DNA of 64,000 nt from Nitrospirota bacterium (GTDB lineage Bacteria > Nitrospirota > Nitrospiria > SBBL01 > JAADHI01). The notes beneath the pieces are model-generated. The model did not search any database and was not told the origin of the DNA. It saw nothing but the letters and a program-made list of their open reading frames with translations. Shown here piece after piece: positions 1 through 9,420 of the stretch; position 1 is the stretch's first letter; each line of letters starts with the position of its first letter. The position numbers and the translations under genes are program-made. The stretch lies in assembly GCA_029261195.1 (NCBI GenBank), contig JAJDBU010000025.1, positions 104,874 to 168,873 on the forward strand. Reading direction: 5' to 3'.

Positions 1-432
1 GTCTTTCTGGTATTCCTCTGTCGTCATCATTCGAATGACACCGGTCTGCTTGTCCTCTCGAAACCAAAGACCTGCAACCTTCGACAAGGTTTCAATGGCG
101 CCACGAACGCTGATATTCCGCAGGAACAGCGTCACCTCGTTCTTGCCGGCATCCGGGGTGGCCACAACATTCAGTCCTCCCGCAATCCCCGTAATCAAAC
201 GAATGGCATCCGTCACCTTCGCATCCTTTAACTCCAAGTGACCGATTTCATGGTGCATCCCGCTGGGCTCTTCTACTGTCCTGTTTTCTTCTACTGCCCT
301 GCTTTCCACGCCGGGAATCGGCGCCCCCAATAGGATGTCCTCCGCATGAAGGGAAGAGAGAAAGCCCAGCGAGGAAAGCATGAAGAAGCCGGTTCCGATA
401 AGGAAATTGATAGAGATATGATATTTTTTCAT
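1..432 (-). CDS. Secretin (GspD/PilQ family), N-terminal fragment; gene runs off the window start
   Basis: Not in the ORF track because it is truncated by the window edge. Reverse-strand reading from ATG 432..430 gives MKKYHISINFLIGTGFFMLSSLGFLSSLHAEDI (signal-like), then LELKDAKVTDAIRLITGIAGGLNVVATPD..VTLFLRNISVRGAIETLSKVAGLWFREDKQTGVIRMMTTEEY. This matches the secretin N-terminal (N0/STN-type) pattern. There is an ATGA start/stop overlap with the upstream gene. It is the last gene of the pilus/secretion operon. Confidence 0.6.
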   Translation of the reverse strand, partial: MKKYHISINFLIGTGFFMLSSLGFLSSLHAEDILLGAPIPGVESRAVEENRTVEEPSGMHHEIGHLELKDAKVTDAIRLITGIAGGLNVVATPDAGKNEVTLFLRNISVRGAIETLSKVAGLWFREDKQTGVIRMMTTEEYQKD

Positions 433-848
433 CTAACGATCACCACCTGTCCCAGGTTTCCGAATCCAACCTGAATGCTCAATTTATTAATTTTATGAAC
501 CTTTAAACTGGCCGGTTTCCCTTCGATCTGGATACTGAGCGTATCCCCCTTCTTGACCATATAAACCCCTGAGCCCACCACCTCAATGAGGGCGAGGGCT
601 TGGTGATGGGGCGCATCAATAAAACCTCTTAACGCAAGAGCCGGCATTGATGCCGGTCCCTTCGAAGGCTCTGCGCTAAAGCCCAATACCTCCTTGATGG
701 CTTGCCTTCCCTTCTTCATTTTCTTGGTGGCGGAGAAGGGATCTCGTCCGCCATCCTGGGGAACCACCAAAGTCCCCGCAGCGCTTTTACTCTGTACAAC
801 TGTAGGACTGCTTAAGAGTCCCAATAATAAAACCAGTATAAACAACAT
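429..848 (-). CDS. PilP/GspC-like periplasmic component (hypothetical)
   Basis: 139 aa with an N-terminal hydrophobic anchor (MLFILVLLLGLLSS), an RDPF motif and a C-terminal beta-rich region, as in PilP/GspC HR domains. It sits between the platform gene and the secretin and is translationally coupled on both sides. Confidence 0.45.
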   Translation of the reverse strand: MLFILVLLLGLLSSPTVVQSKSAAGTLVVPQDGGRDPFSATKKMKKGRQAIKEVLGFSAEPSKGPASMPALALRGFIDAPHHQALALIEVVGSGVYMVKKGDTLSIQIEGKPASLKVHKINKLSIQVGFGNLGQVVIVR

Positions 849-850
849 GA

Positions 851-2095
851 TTACCTCCCAACCAATGAGATGACGGCCGAGAAAAAGCCGTAATAGACAA
901 AGCCGACCATCCCGCCGACGATCAGAATCATCACGGGCTCCATCAAGCTAGTCATCCGTTTAATGCTTGCCTGAAGTTCCTTATCGTAGAACTCGGCCAA
1001 TTCTTCCATAACATGATCCAGTGCACCGGTTCGCTCGCCTACTGCTGCGACCTGGGGAACCAGGGGCGGAATCATGGCGTGACTCAGGCTTCCCGCCAAG
1101 TCTTTTCCTTCCAGAATTTTCCTGGATGCTTCCTGCAAATGCTGTGAAATGGCATGGTTGCCGACCACACCGGGAATGACTCGAAGCGATTCCAGCAGGG
1201 TGACGCCACTTCGTAGAAGCATAGCAAGGGTACGACAGATTTGCGTCATCGCTCCGACGGTCAGCAGACGACCGACAACCGGTATAGAGAGGATGGCCCG
1301 GTCAATCCGGTGACGCCCGCCGGGTGTGGTGTAGGATGCCAGAACAGATAAGAGAATCGTTCCAATGACCGCAAAAAGGGCCACACCATAAACCTGTAGA
1401 AAGCCCGAGATGTCCAGGAGAAACTGAGTCGAAGCCGGAAGAGTCATCTGCCTCCTGGAAAAGAACCTGGCGAACTTGGGAATGACTCCGCCCACCAGGA
1501 AACCCGCCACAGCAATTGAAACCAATACAACAATCCCGGGGTAGGTGAGACTGGTGATAATATTCGTCCGAAGCTCTGCACGCCGCTCCATGTAGAGGGC
1601 AACCCGGTCGAGGATAAGATCGAGTTCGCCGCTCACCTCCGCCGTCTCAATCAGATTGAAAACAACCGGCGGGAAGAATCGGCTCGCGGCCGATAAGCCG
1701 ACGGAAAAAGGCTTTCCCGCCTGTATTCCCCGGCTGACCTCTCCGATGGCCCGGGAAAACCGTAGATTCGCCGCTTGTTCCCGACAGATTTCAAGCGCCT
1801 GAAGGATTGTCAGGCCACTCCGTATCATCAGGGCCATCTGCTGAAAAAAGAAGACCCGCTCACGGGTTGACACCGGACGGAGTATCCCGATGGCCTGACG
1901 GAAAATCTTCCATGCCTTCGTCAAAGAAAAGTCGATATGAGATGAAGTGACGACAGAGGCGCTGTCTTTCATTTCGAGGAGATAGAGTCCCTGGGTACGC
2001 AAGGCAATGGCAGCCGATTTTATGTCAAGGGCCTCAATCCGACCCTTAACCTCCTCTCGTTGTTCATTAAGCGTAATGTATAAAAAAACAGGCAT
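851..2095 (-). CDS. Type II secretion / type IV pilus platform protein (GspF/PilC family)
   Basis: 414 aa with two repeated T2SS-F-like halves and three predicted TM segments. The size and position next to the GspE-like ATPase are typical of the family. Confidence 0.9.
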   Translation of the reverse strand: MPVFLYITLNEQREEVKGRIEALDIKSAAIALRTQGLYLLEMKDSASVVTSSHIDFSLTKAWKIFRQAIGILRPVSTRERVFFFQQMALMIRSGLTILQALEICREQAANLRFSRAIGEVSRGIQAGKPFSVGLSAASRFFPPVVFNLIETAEVSGELDLILDRVALYMERRAELRTNIITSLTYPGIVVLVSIAVAGFLVGGVIPKFARFFSRRQMTLPASTQFLLDISGFLQVYGVALFAVIGTILLSVLASYTTPGGRHRIDRAILSIPVVGRLLTVGAMTQICRTLAMLLRSGVTLLESLRVIPGVVGNHAISQHLQEASRKILEGKDLAGSLSHAMIPPLVPQVAAVGERTGALDHVMEELAEFYDKELQASIKRMTSLMEPVMILIVGGMVGFVYYGFFSAVISLVGR

Positions 2096-2132
2096 ATTGT
2101 TATACTTCTGTCATACCTCTGTTACACCTCTG

Positions 2133-3773
2133 TTACACCTCTGTTGTGACGCGGAGTACCTCGTCTATAGTCGTCGTGCCGTTCAAAACCTTGGCGCAGC
2201 CATCCTCAAGCAGAGTTGTTAAGGCTTTCTTTTTTCGTGCGGCCGCGACAATGGCCTCCTCATCTCCTCCCCGCGAAATCAAATGCACAAGGTCTCCGTC
2301 GATCCAGAGGGTCTCGTAGAGTCCAATCTGACTGCGAAAACCATTGCCGAGGCAGGCCGCGCAGCCGACCGGATCAAAAATATGCGCAGCTTCTTTTCCA
2401 AGAAGCGCATTTTCTTTTTCGGTAGCAGGCCGCGCTTGCCGACAGCGTGGACAAAGCCTGCGGACAAGCCGTTGAGCAATCACGGCGGTCAGGGTTGCGC
2501 CAATCAGATAGCGCTCGCAGCCGATATCCGCCAGTCGCGTAATTGCAGCGACAGCGGAATTGGTATGCAGGGTCGAGAAAATCAGATGCCCGGTCAGGGC
2601 CGCCTTCATGGCGACGTCGGCTGTCTCCTGATCCCGGATTTCTCCCAGCATCAGGACATCCGGATCGTGGCGAAGCAGTGAACGCAAGGCCGAGGCGAAG
2701 GTAATCTTCCCGGACACGCCGACACGGATTTGCGAGATACCCTCCATGACATATTCCACCGGATCTTCAACCGTCATGACATTCACTTCCGGCCCGTTGA
2801 TTTCCCGCAGAGCGGCATACAGGGTGGTTGTTTTGCCGCTTCCTGTCGGGCCGGTCAAAAGAATCATCCCGTGAGGCCGTTTAATGACTTCTTTGAATTC
2901 GGAGAGGGCTTGAGGCGCCATCCCCAGTGATTCAAGGGTCAGACTGGACACATCCATACCGAGAAGCCTTAGAGTTGCCCGTTCTCCCCAGTGAGCCGGT
3001 GCGGTTGCAACACGAATATCAATCTTGTTCCGATCAATCCCGGGCGGGGCATAGGAAAATGCGCCATCCTGTGGAGAGCGTTGCTCGGCAATATCAAGGC
3101 CGGCCAGGACCTTTACCCTCGAAAGCAGACCTTCTCCAATTTCGGGACTTAAACCCGCATGATAGATAGAAAGCCTCCCATCAACACGAAAGCGGATCCG
3201 CAGCCCGTGCTGCTGTGATTCCATATGGACATCGGATGCCCGGCGAAGAAAGGCCTCTTTCAATACTTGATCCAGAAGCGCCACCGGGTCTTCCATCACC
3301 TTGGGCGCGGAGGCTTCCGACTCAGGCTGCCCTCTTCTTATTGCAGCGAAGGCCGACTCCAGCGCAGACTTCAGCGCAATGGGTTCGGCCAGGGCAATCC
3401 GGACGGGCGATCCCAGAATCTGACGCACGGACTCAATCAAAGCGTCGTCATCAGGATCGGAAGTGGCCAGTAGAATCGTACCGTTTTCCCGGGCAACCGG
3501 CAAAATCGGTCCTTGACGAAAGCGGGATTGAGGCAGACGGCGCACAAGATCCAGAGGAGGCGTGAGCACGGCCGGATCGACGAAGGGGTAGCCCCTGTCT
3601 TCGGCCAGGGCCTGGTAGAAGGCGGAAACCGGAAGCCTGAGTTGTACGGCGATGGTGTCGAGTAGCGGGGTGTGCCGCCGTTGCGCCTCTCGACGCATTT
3701 TTACAAGTGTTTCGTGGTCGATCAGACCCTGATCAATCGCTGCGCGAATCAGATGTACTTCCGTCACAGCCAT
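2133..3773 (-). CDS. Assembly ATPase (GspE/PilB family) with T2SSE_N-type N-terminal domain
   Basis: 546 aa. Walker A is LTGPTGSGKTTTL. Also present are VEDPVEY, the MLGEIRD Asp box, the STLHTN His box and a tetracysteine motif (CPRC..CAAC). The N-terminal ~140 aa resembles the GspE N-domain. Confidence 0.9.
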   Translation of the reverse strand: MAVTEVHLIRAAIDQGLIDHETLVKMRREAQRRHTPLLDTIAVQLRLPVSAFYQALAEDRGYPFVDPAVLTPPLDLVRRLPQSRFRQGPILPVARENGTILLATSDPDDDALIESVRQILGSPVRIALAEPIALKSALESAFAAIRRGQPESEASAPKVMEDPVALLDQVLKEAFLRRASDVHMESQQHGLRIRFRVDGRLSIYHAGLSPEIGEGLLSRVKVLAGLDIAEQRSPQDGAFSYAPPGIDRNKIDIRVATAPAHWGERATLRLLGMDVSSLTLESLGMAPQALSEFKEVIKRPHGMILLTGPTGSGKTTTLYAALREINGPEVNVMTVEDPVEYVMEGISQIRVGVSGKITFASALRSLLRHDPDVLMLGEIRDQETADVAMKAALTGHLIFSTLHTNSAVAAITRLADIGCERYLIGATLTAVIAQRLVRRLCPRCRQARPATEKENALLGKEAAHIFDPVGCAACLGNGFRSQIGLYETLWIDGDLVHLISRGGDEEAIVAAARKKKALTTLLEDGCAKVLNGTTTIDEVLRVTTEV

Positions 3774-3776
3774 GCC

Positions 3777-4880
3777 TTATCTCTCCCCAATCCCTAAGGC
3801 TGCCTGACTGCGATGGCGCCGGAAACGTTCATCGAAGGTATCCGGATCGCGGGCAATGCGGCGGGCATCTTCCGGACGAATCAGATTCTTCGCGGAGAGT
3901 TCTGCCAGAGATTGTTCCAGGGTTTGCATCCCCAGCCCGGACCCCGATTCAATGGCCGAGTAGATCTGAGAGGATTTTCCGGATCGGATCAGGTGTCCCA
4001 CGGCCTGGGTGATATGAAGAATTTCAATGGCAGGAATCCGGCCATTTCCTTCCACTCCCGGAAGGAGCCGCTGTGCCACGACAGAACGCAAGACCATTGA
4101 TAGCTGTTGGCGAATCCCCTGCTGCTCATCACCTGGAAAGAGGCCGACCATTCGCTCTATTGCCCCGACGGCATCTCCCGTATGCAGGGTGGAGTAAACG
4201 AGATGCCCTGTTTCGGCGGCTGTAATTGCCGCCCGCATTGTTTCGAGATCTCGCATTTCTCCCACCAGAATCACGTCCGGGTCTTCCCGGAGGGCAGAGC
4301 GGATGGCCTCGGGGAAGCTTCGGACATCGCTGTAAAGTTCCCGATGGTGGACAAGGCCCAGTTCATTTTGATGGATGTATTCGACGGGATCTTCTACGGT
4401 CAGGATGTGGCAGGCGCGGGAGCAGTTGATCTGGTGAATCAGGGTGGCCAGTGTTGTTGTCTTGCCGCTTCCGGTTGGCCCGGTGACCAGAACGAGTCCA
4501 TCACGCAGATCGGCCAGTTCAGCGAGTTGCATGGGAAGATGAAGTTCTTCGAAGGTCCTGAACCGCTCATCCAGGCGCCGGATCGCCATTGCCGTCCGCC
4601 CCAGCTCCCGGAAAACATTCACCCGAAATCGCTCACCACTCTCCAGAGAGATTGCCAGGTCAACCGTGTGTTCCCGCTTGAAAGTGATTGCCTGCTCCGA
4701 ATGCAGGAGTTCCCTGCAGATTTCCTGCATTTCCATCTCGGAAATCATTGTCCGGCTAAGAGGCTCCAGTCGACCGTTTCTTCGCAGCATGGGCAATGCG
4801 CCCGAGGAGAGATGAAGGTCGGAGCCCCCCAGTGTTAGACACTCTTTCAATAATCCTTTAAATTGTTCCGGTCCGGTCAT
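3777..4880 (-). CDS. pilT: Twitching-motility/retraction ATPase PilT family
   Basis: 367 aa. Motifs seen: GPTGSGKTTTLATLI, VEDPVEY, ILVGEMRDLETMRAAITAAETGHLVYSTLHT and the AIERMV motif. PilT-type length with no N-terminal GspE domain. Confidence 0.9.
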   Translation of the reverse strand: MTGPEQFKGLLKECLTLGGSDLHLSSGALPMLRRNGRLEPLSRTMISEMEMQEICRELLHSEQAITFKREHTVDLAISLESGERFRVNVFRELGRTAMAIRRLDERFRTFEELHLPMQLAELADLRDGLVLVTGPTGSGKTTTLATLIHQINCSRACHILTVEDPVEYIHQNELGLVHHRELYSDVRSFPEAIRSALREDPDVILVGEMRDLETMRAAITAAETGHLVYSTLHTGDAVGAIERMVGLFPGDEQQGIRQQLSMVLRSVVAQRLLPGVEGNGRIPAIEILHITQAVGHLIRSGKSSQIYSAIESGSGLGMQTLEQSLAELSAKNLIRPEDARRIARDPDTFDERFRRHRSQAALGIGER

Positions 4881-4911
4881 CTTGTTCTCGTACCCACGTA
4901 TTTATTTTCTC

Positions 4912-5553
4912 TCACAGCGCCAGAATCAGCGTGACTGACAGTAGGGTCTCCCGTCCAGCTGTCGGGGCAACCTGAATGTCAAACCAGACCACCGAAACTG
5001 CATGCGACAGGCCATTCAGTCCTTTTAGAAACTGACGTAGCCTGCTGTAGGTCGCAGTGATCTGCAACTCCTGAAGGGGACGACTGTAGGGATCACCGGC
5101 CTTCAACTGTTGCAGCAAGCGTCCCTTGGCTTTTTGCGGGCCCTTTTCCGAAGCCTTTTCCGAGCCCTCCACTTTTTCTCTCAGAGGAATGTTTTTCGTG
5201 ATCCGGATGCCGTTTTTCCGCGCAAGGGCGGAGATTTTCACCCGTAACTCCTGTACATCCAGGACGTCTTCCTGTGAGACAAAATGTGCTTCCTTTGCGT
5301 TCAATGTCTCCCGAGCTTCCTGAAGCATCTCCTCCGCTTTCACTAATTCGGCATTGATTTCCTCTGTCGTCTGATTCGGCTCTTTTGGCCATTCCACATT
5401 TTTCAGTTTCGCATTCGCCTCTTCGGTCCGGGACTCCACATTTTGAAGTGCGACCTTCAAGGCTTTGTAGCGGAATAGAGGGTATCCAATCACGATCGCC
5501 GAGAGAAAGACCAGGATTAATAACATCGACTCTCGCCGCGTCAGGTCTTTCAT
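4912..5553 (-). CDS. PilO/GspM-like bitopic membrane protein (hypothetical)
   Basis: The track ORF is 4912..5664. The likely start is MKDLTRRESMLLILVFLSAIVIGYPLF at 5553, 13 nt after the upstream stop. It has a single TM, a coiled coil and a C-terminal domain, and occupies the position after the PilM-N fusion. Confidence 0.45.
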   Translation of the reverse strand: MKDLTRRESMLLILVFLSAIVIGYPLFRYKALKVALQNVESRTEEANAKLKNVEWPKEPNQTTEEINAELVKAEEMLQEARETLNAKEAHFVSQEDVLDVQELRVKISALARKNGIRITKNIPLREKVEGSEKASEKGPQKAKGRLLQQLKAGDPYSRPLQELQITATYSRLRQFLKGLNGLSHAVSVVWFDIQVAPTAGRETLLSVTLILAL

Positions 5554-5566
5554 TGCGTCATGTCCT

Positions 5567-7294
5567 TCATTGTCTTCCGGCTTCCTGTTTAAGCGGGACC
5601 AGCTTGAGGTCAAAAGCGTAGCCCCGCATCCCCAAACGTCCGGGCGTACTCCGTACGGAGACATCGGCGACTTCCAGATTATCGGCGGTGATCACGCTCG
5701 CGAGGCGCCGCGAAAACTGCTGTACGGCGCGTTCCGAAAGCGCCCATCCTCCCATTTCAACCTCATCTCCTTCTTCTGCCACCATCCGGTCAATGACGAC
5801 TTCTTTTGTTACAGCACGGGCAACCGCCTCAAGTAAGGCGGCCAAGAGCTTTCCCGTGTGAGGCAGTTCGTTTGTCAGAAAGACCTTCCGTTTCTCCAGC
5901 AACTCGGTCTCATGATACCTGGCGGCAACTTTCTCTTGAAGTCCCGCCACTTCAGCAATACCTGCATTGATTTGCTCTAGTTTTTCCTCTACCGGTCGGA
6001 GGGCCTGGAGGATCTTCGCTTCTTTGGCCTCTGCCTTCCATACTTGAAAGGCCATGCTGCCTTCCACCGCGCCAATCACCAAGAGGGTCAAGCCTATGAC
6101 AGCCCCCCACCAGACAGCCACTCGCAGATGGACAGGGGGAGGCGGATCAGCCGCCGGAATACAGACTGCCCGCTCGACACCCGGTTGACACAGTACATGC
6201 CGAACCGCACCGACCCAACCGGCGACGGATTCGGGCGCCAGCGCTTCAGGAAGATTTTCTGCATTGTCACAGGGAATAATCTGTACCTCGCGGCTCAGAC
6301 GCGCCGAAAGCGCTTCGGCAAAGCTTGGGAGGGCATCACCCCGTCCGGAAAGCCAGATGGTTTTGACCCGGCTTCCCACCATGTCGCAACAGACATCGAG
6401 ACTCGGAAAATTTCCGATGACATGGTAAACCCGTACTCCCTCGATCGTGCCTCCCGAAAGACGGGTACACCCGACCATGCCCGCTTGAAAATCGAGGACG
6501 GCGGAGGCCTCTTTTGTGAACTCGCCGTTTAAGGCGGCCGCGCTACATGCGGTAAGAGGGTAAATCCCCTCCAGACTCAAGTTCAGTTGCGCAAACTCTT
6601 TCCGCCAGCGTTCCCGCAGGCCCCGGCTCAGTCCGCAGGCCAGCCAGGCGTGGCGATCTTTATTGGCTTTTTCTTCCGCTTCTTCTATCTGTCTGGGCTG
6701 AGAGGTCCAGCCGCAAACGTATTCATCGTCGCCCCATTGAAACGATTCCTGTATTTTGAGGCACTCTTCCAACTGTTCGTTGTCAATCAGCTCCAGTTCA
6801 ATGGCGGCCTCGCCGAAACGGAGCATCGGCCGCCGCTCTCCCGGCGCTCGCAGTTGCCGTTCCGATTTCTTTTCCTCCATCCGCTCCAGCACCCGCCGTG
6901 CGTCGGCAAGGCTCAGGTAGCCCCGACCGATCAGGATGGCGCCAATGCTTCGGGTCACCACCTCCTGGTCCAGGTAAGGCTCCATTTCCCAGCGAATCAT
7001 CTCTTCCATCTGCGGTGTGGGCCGGGGGTTTTTCGGATCGACAGGTAATTCCAGAAGGGCGGGGACCACTTCCGGTGCGAGAAGAATCGCCCGGCGGGGG
7101 GCCGACTTATCGTTTTTTCGTATCTCTTCGACGGCTTCCACCAAAGCCGCGTTGAAGTGGGGGGCGCGGGAGATCGCCACCTGCTCAATCACCATTCTTT
7201 TTTTCTCTGCCCGGACCACGGCTGCCCGAAGGCCGAAACCGTCCCGTTCCACTACAAGAAGGCGTTGAGAACGATTAAAGGATAGGATGGACAA
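5567..7294 (-). CDS. PilM-PilN fusion (GspL-like) assembly protein with an inserted GspE_N/MshEN-like segment
   Basis: 575 aa. The N-terminal actin-like PilM pattern includes ELPVD..MEEMIRWEMEPYL. A TM helix (VAVWWGAVIGLTLLVIGAV) is followed by a coiled coil and a PilN-like C-terminal domain. Residues ~115-182 form an insertion (see findings). Confidence 0.65.
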   Translation of the reverse strand: MSILSFNRSQRLLVVERDGFGLRAAVVRAEKKRMVIEQVAISRAPHFNAALVEAVEEIRKNDKSAPRRAILLAPEVVPALLELPVDPKNPRPTPQMEEMIRWEMEPYLDQEVVTRSIGAILIGRGYLSLADARRVLERMEEKKSERQLRAPGERRPMLRFGEAAIELELIDNEQLEECLKIQESFQWGDDEYVCGWTSQPRQIEEAEEKANKDRHAWLACGLSRGLRERWRKEFAQLNLSLEGIYPLTACSAAALNGEFTKEASAVLDFQAGMVGCTRLSGGTIEGVRVYHVIGNFPSLDVCCDMVGSRVKTIWLSGRGDALPSFAEALSARLSREVQIIPCDNAENLPEALAPESVAGWVGAVRHVLCQPGVERAVCIPAADPPPPVHLRVAVWWGAVIGLTLLVIGAVEGSMAFQVWKAEAKEAKILQALRPVEEKLEQINAGIAEVAGLQEKVAARYHETELLEKRKVFLTNELPHTGKLLAALLEAVARAVTKEVVIDRMVAEEGDEVEMGGWALSERAVQQFSRRLASVITADNLEVADVSVRSTPGRLGMRGYAFDLKLVPLKQEAGRQ

Positions 7295-7343
7295 TGGGTT
7301 TAAGCCTCCTTCGGTCGAAAGGACTGAAATTGAAATACAGGCA

Positions 7344-8369
7344 TCATTTTATAATCACCTCTACTGTGGGCAGGGTGGCATGTGGGTAAAAATTAACCTT
7401 TTGGGTCACACGCAGGTTGCTGCTGTCTTTAAAGGCTTTATCGTCATTCGTGTGAGGATCGTGATCGCCGCCGTCGTCATCAATGATGATGAGGTGTTGT
7501 CCGATAGGAATGACCGGGGAAATACCGGGTAACTCACCGGCAGCGCCTTCAAATGTGAAATTGAAGGAACTTCCGTCTGTTAAACTGCTTACTCTGTCTG
7601 TCGTCAAGCGCTTCCACCTTTTTGTTCCCGCGTCATTCACATAGACCAATAGGGAAACACGCATATTGTTCTCGGTCCCGCCAGACGAATTCGTCACCTT
7701 AACCTGCCACCCGGTCACATCCTGAGTCCAGTCTTCCTGCCCCACAGTATCCGCCATGTCTTTTTCAAAACCTGCCGCACCACCAGCCACGCCATCAGAT
7801 CCGATGCTCGTTGTGGTGTAGCTTGTTGCCGACGCAGTAATTGCCCAGCCGAAATTCAAGGCATCTGTTGCGGCAGTCGCATGGACATTTCCCCAGCCGT
7901 CTCGATAGGTCCCATCGCCGGGCGGAACGGTCAGATAGTCTCCCCGATGTCCCTTAAATAAAGTTTCATTCGGTTCATCCAAATCTGTTTTTCCCCCACC
8001 ATTGTCAAAACCGGCTGCATCCGGGTTTTTATCAAACAAAGGTTCTTTTCCGCCAAAGGCATCGAAACCTGCCGGTGCCACAACCAGGGCTTTGATATTT
8101 GCTGGCAATCCGCCATTGTCTACAATGTATCCTGACATTAGTTTTTGTCCGCTCAGAGCCGCTTCCAAACTTCCGACAATAGCTCTGCGGATATTCTGAA
8201 GTCGCGTCCGCGTGTCTTCATAGCGAAATTGTTCATCGGCATTATTGGTTAAAGAAATAGTCGAGAAAGCGAGTGCCGAAAGGATAAAAACGACGATGAG
8301 GAGTTCGAGCAGCGTAAACCCGTTTTCGTTTAATCGAGGCAAATAGGGGAGGGAAGAAGACAGAGCCAT
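7344..8369 (-). CDS. Prepilin-type N-terminal cleavage/methylation domain protein (large pseudopilin, 341 aa)
   Basis: The leader ends ..RLNENG|FTLLELLIVVFILSALAF (G-F-T-L-x-E class III signal). There is a 1-nt overlap with the upstream pseudopilin gene. Confidence 0.75.
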   Translation of the reverse strand: MALSSSLPYLPRLNENGFTLLELLIVVFILSALAFSTISLTNNADEQFRYEDTRTRLQNIRRAIVGSLEAALSGQKLMSGYIVDNGGLPANIKALVVAPAGFDAFGGKEPLFDKNPDAAGFDNGGGKTDLDEPNETLFKGHRGDYLTVPPGDGTYRDGWGNVHATAATDALNFGWAITASATSYTTTSIGSDGVAGGAAGFEKDMADTVGQEDWTQDVTGWQVKVTNSSGGTENNMRVSLLVYVNDAGTKRWKRLTTDRVSSLTDGSSFNFTFEGAAGELPGISPVIPIGQHLIIIDDDGGDHDPHTNDDKAFKDSSNLRVTQKVNFYPHATLPTVEVIIK

Positions 8370-9262
8370 TATTTGAGTATATCCAATACGATATCATCGC
8401 CGTCAGGCGGGCAGATTCCGCCAACCTCAACGCCAATGTCAAAGCGCCGGTTCTTTCCCAGCCCGACGATCCGGGCCTTGTTGTTGGCAAGATCAAACAT
8501 CAGGTAAGGGCGTCCCCATTTTGTGTGCGGGTCGTCGGCGTGCGTTGTGGCATCTGTATCGTCGGGAAGCGTCCGCCAGACAAAATAGGTGTTCGCATTG
8601 ACTGGACGCGCGTCGAAGGGATCGGCCACTCCCCGCACCTGGGACAATACAGTCCCGGCTTCCGGGCTACCGCAGCCCGCCTGAGTCAGATTGTCGCCCA
8701 CATCAACGAGGCCTTCCCCGATACGGGAAAGATAGGGACCGCGCCAGCCACGTCGGGTGTTGGGATTCCATGCTTCCAAAGGGTGTCCCGTGCGGCAAAG
8801 AGGACTCTTCTCGTCAAGAACAGGAGTGGATGGGACTGTATCAGGACAGGGATCATCCCGGCCAAACAATAGCCAGAAGTTAGCGGGGGAATCAAACCAT
8901 TTCTTCTGGGCCACCGCAGGAAAGTTAGGGACATAGGAAGGCAGGTTGTCCTTATTGCAGGGATCGCTTGGATTAACAACAGACCCGTCGGGTATGGCCC
9001 CGCCGTCATTACAGAGCCGGAACGGCCCCTGCCCCGGCAGATAGCCCGTATCCAGTTTAAACTTTAGAATCGCCTCTTTCACTTTTACGATTTCGCTCCG
9101 GGAAATCTGCAAACCCGCCTCGTCTTCGGTGTCGTCCAGTGAAAGCACGACACCCCCGGCAATTGCGGCAATAATCATGATGACAATCAAAAGCTCGACT
9201 AAGGTAAAGCCGCGTTCATTGGCCATTTTTAAAATCTGCTTAGCGTTTACGGAAGGCAGCAT
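8369..9262 (-). CDS. Prepilin-type protein with GspG-like segment (up to 297 aa)
   Basis: Contains MANERG|FTLVELLIVIMIIAAIAGG. The downstream EIVKVKEAILKFKLDTGYLPG resembles the GspG core helix. The start may be 9262 or the internal ATG at 9226 (a 6-aa leader). Confidence 0.75.
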   Translation of the reverse strand: MLPSVNAKQILKMANERGFTLVELLIVIMIIAAIAGGVVLSLDDTEDEAGLQISRSEIVKVKEAILKFKLDTGYLPGQGPFRLCNDGGAIPDGSVVNPSDPCNKDNLPSYVPNFPAVAQKKWFDSPANFWLLFGRDDPCPDTVPSTPVLDEKSPLCRTGHPLEAWNPNTRRGWRGPYLSRIGEGLVDVGDNLTQAGCGSPEAGTVLSQVRGVADPFDARPVNANTYFVWRTLPDDTDATTHADDPHTKWGRPYLMFDLANNKARIVGLGKNRRFDIGVEVGGICPPDGDDIVLDILK

Positions 9263-9420
9263 GCGGCTTCAGCACAGATAAAACCCTTTTTCTGGATACA
9301 AGCATACCAGAACTCACTCTAAAAACGCCTGTCTTTATGAAAAAAAAATCCGGAGGTGAGGGTAAACGTCCCCACCTCCGGATGATTCGTTCTTCCGACA
9401 CAAGCCTTAAGCGTTTCGGC

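Noticed and set aside
35-241. Track ORF of 68 aa on the + strand at the window start
   Set aside because: It lies antisense to a much better reading frame, the secretin N-terminus, which has a signal peptide and domain pattern and is coupled to the upstream gene. Its composition looks like a shadow ORF.
2133-3773. Possible c-di-GMP-binding MshEN motif in the GspE-like ATPase N-domain
   Set aside because: The best alignment (HLIRAAIDQGLIDHETLVKMRREAQ) misses the R and G of the RLG start and is out of register at the terminal LxxQ. I therefore call only a generic GspE N-domain.
4107-4838. 243-aa + strand ORF. The same applies to 9884..10483, 15715..16293, 6044..6532, 45328..45975, 50714..51604, 52869..53489, 55897..56466, 57304..57870 and 38058..38531.
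   Set aside because: All lie antisense to, or frame-shifted inside, genes with unambiguous family motifs (PilT, pilin, TonB, PilM-N, Res, aconitase, FrdB-like, SucC, SucD, GGDEF). Their compositions are Arg/Gly/Ser/Pro-skewed, for example the Gly/Ser mirror of the TonB Pro-rich spacer. No motifs were recognised in any of them.
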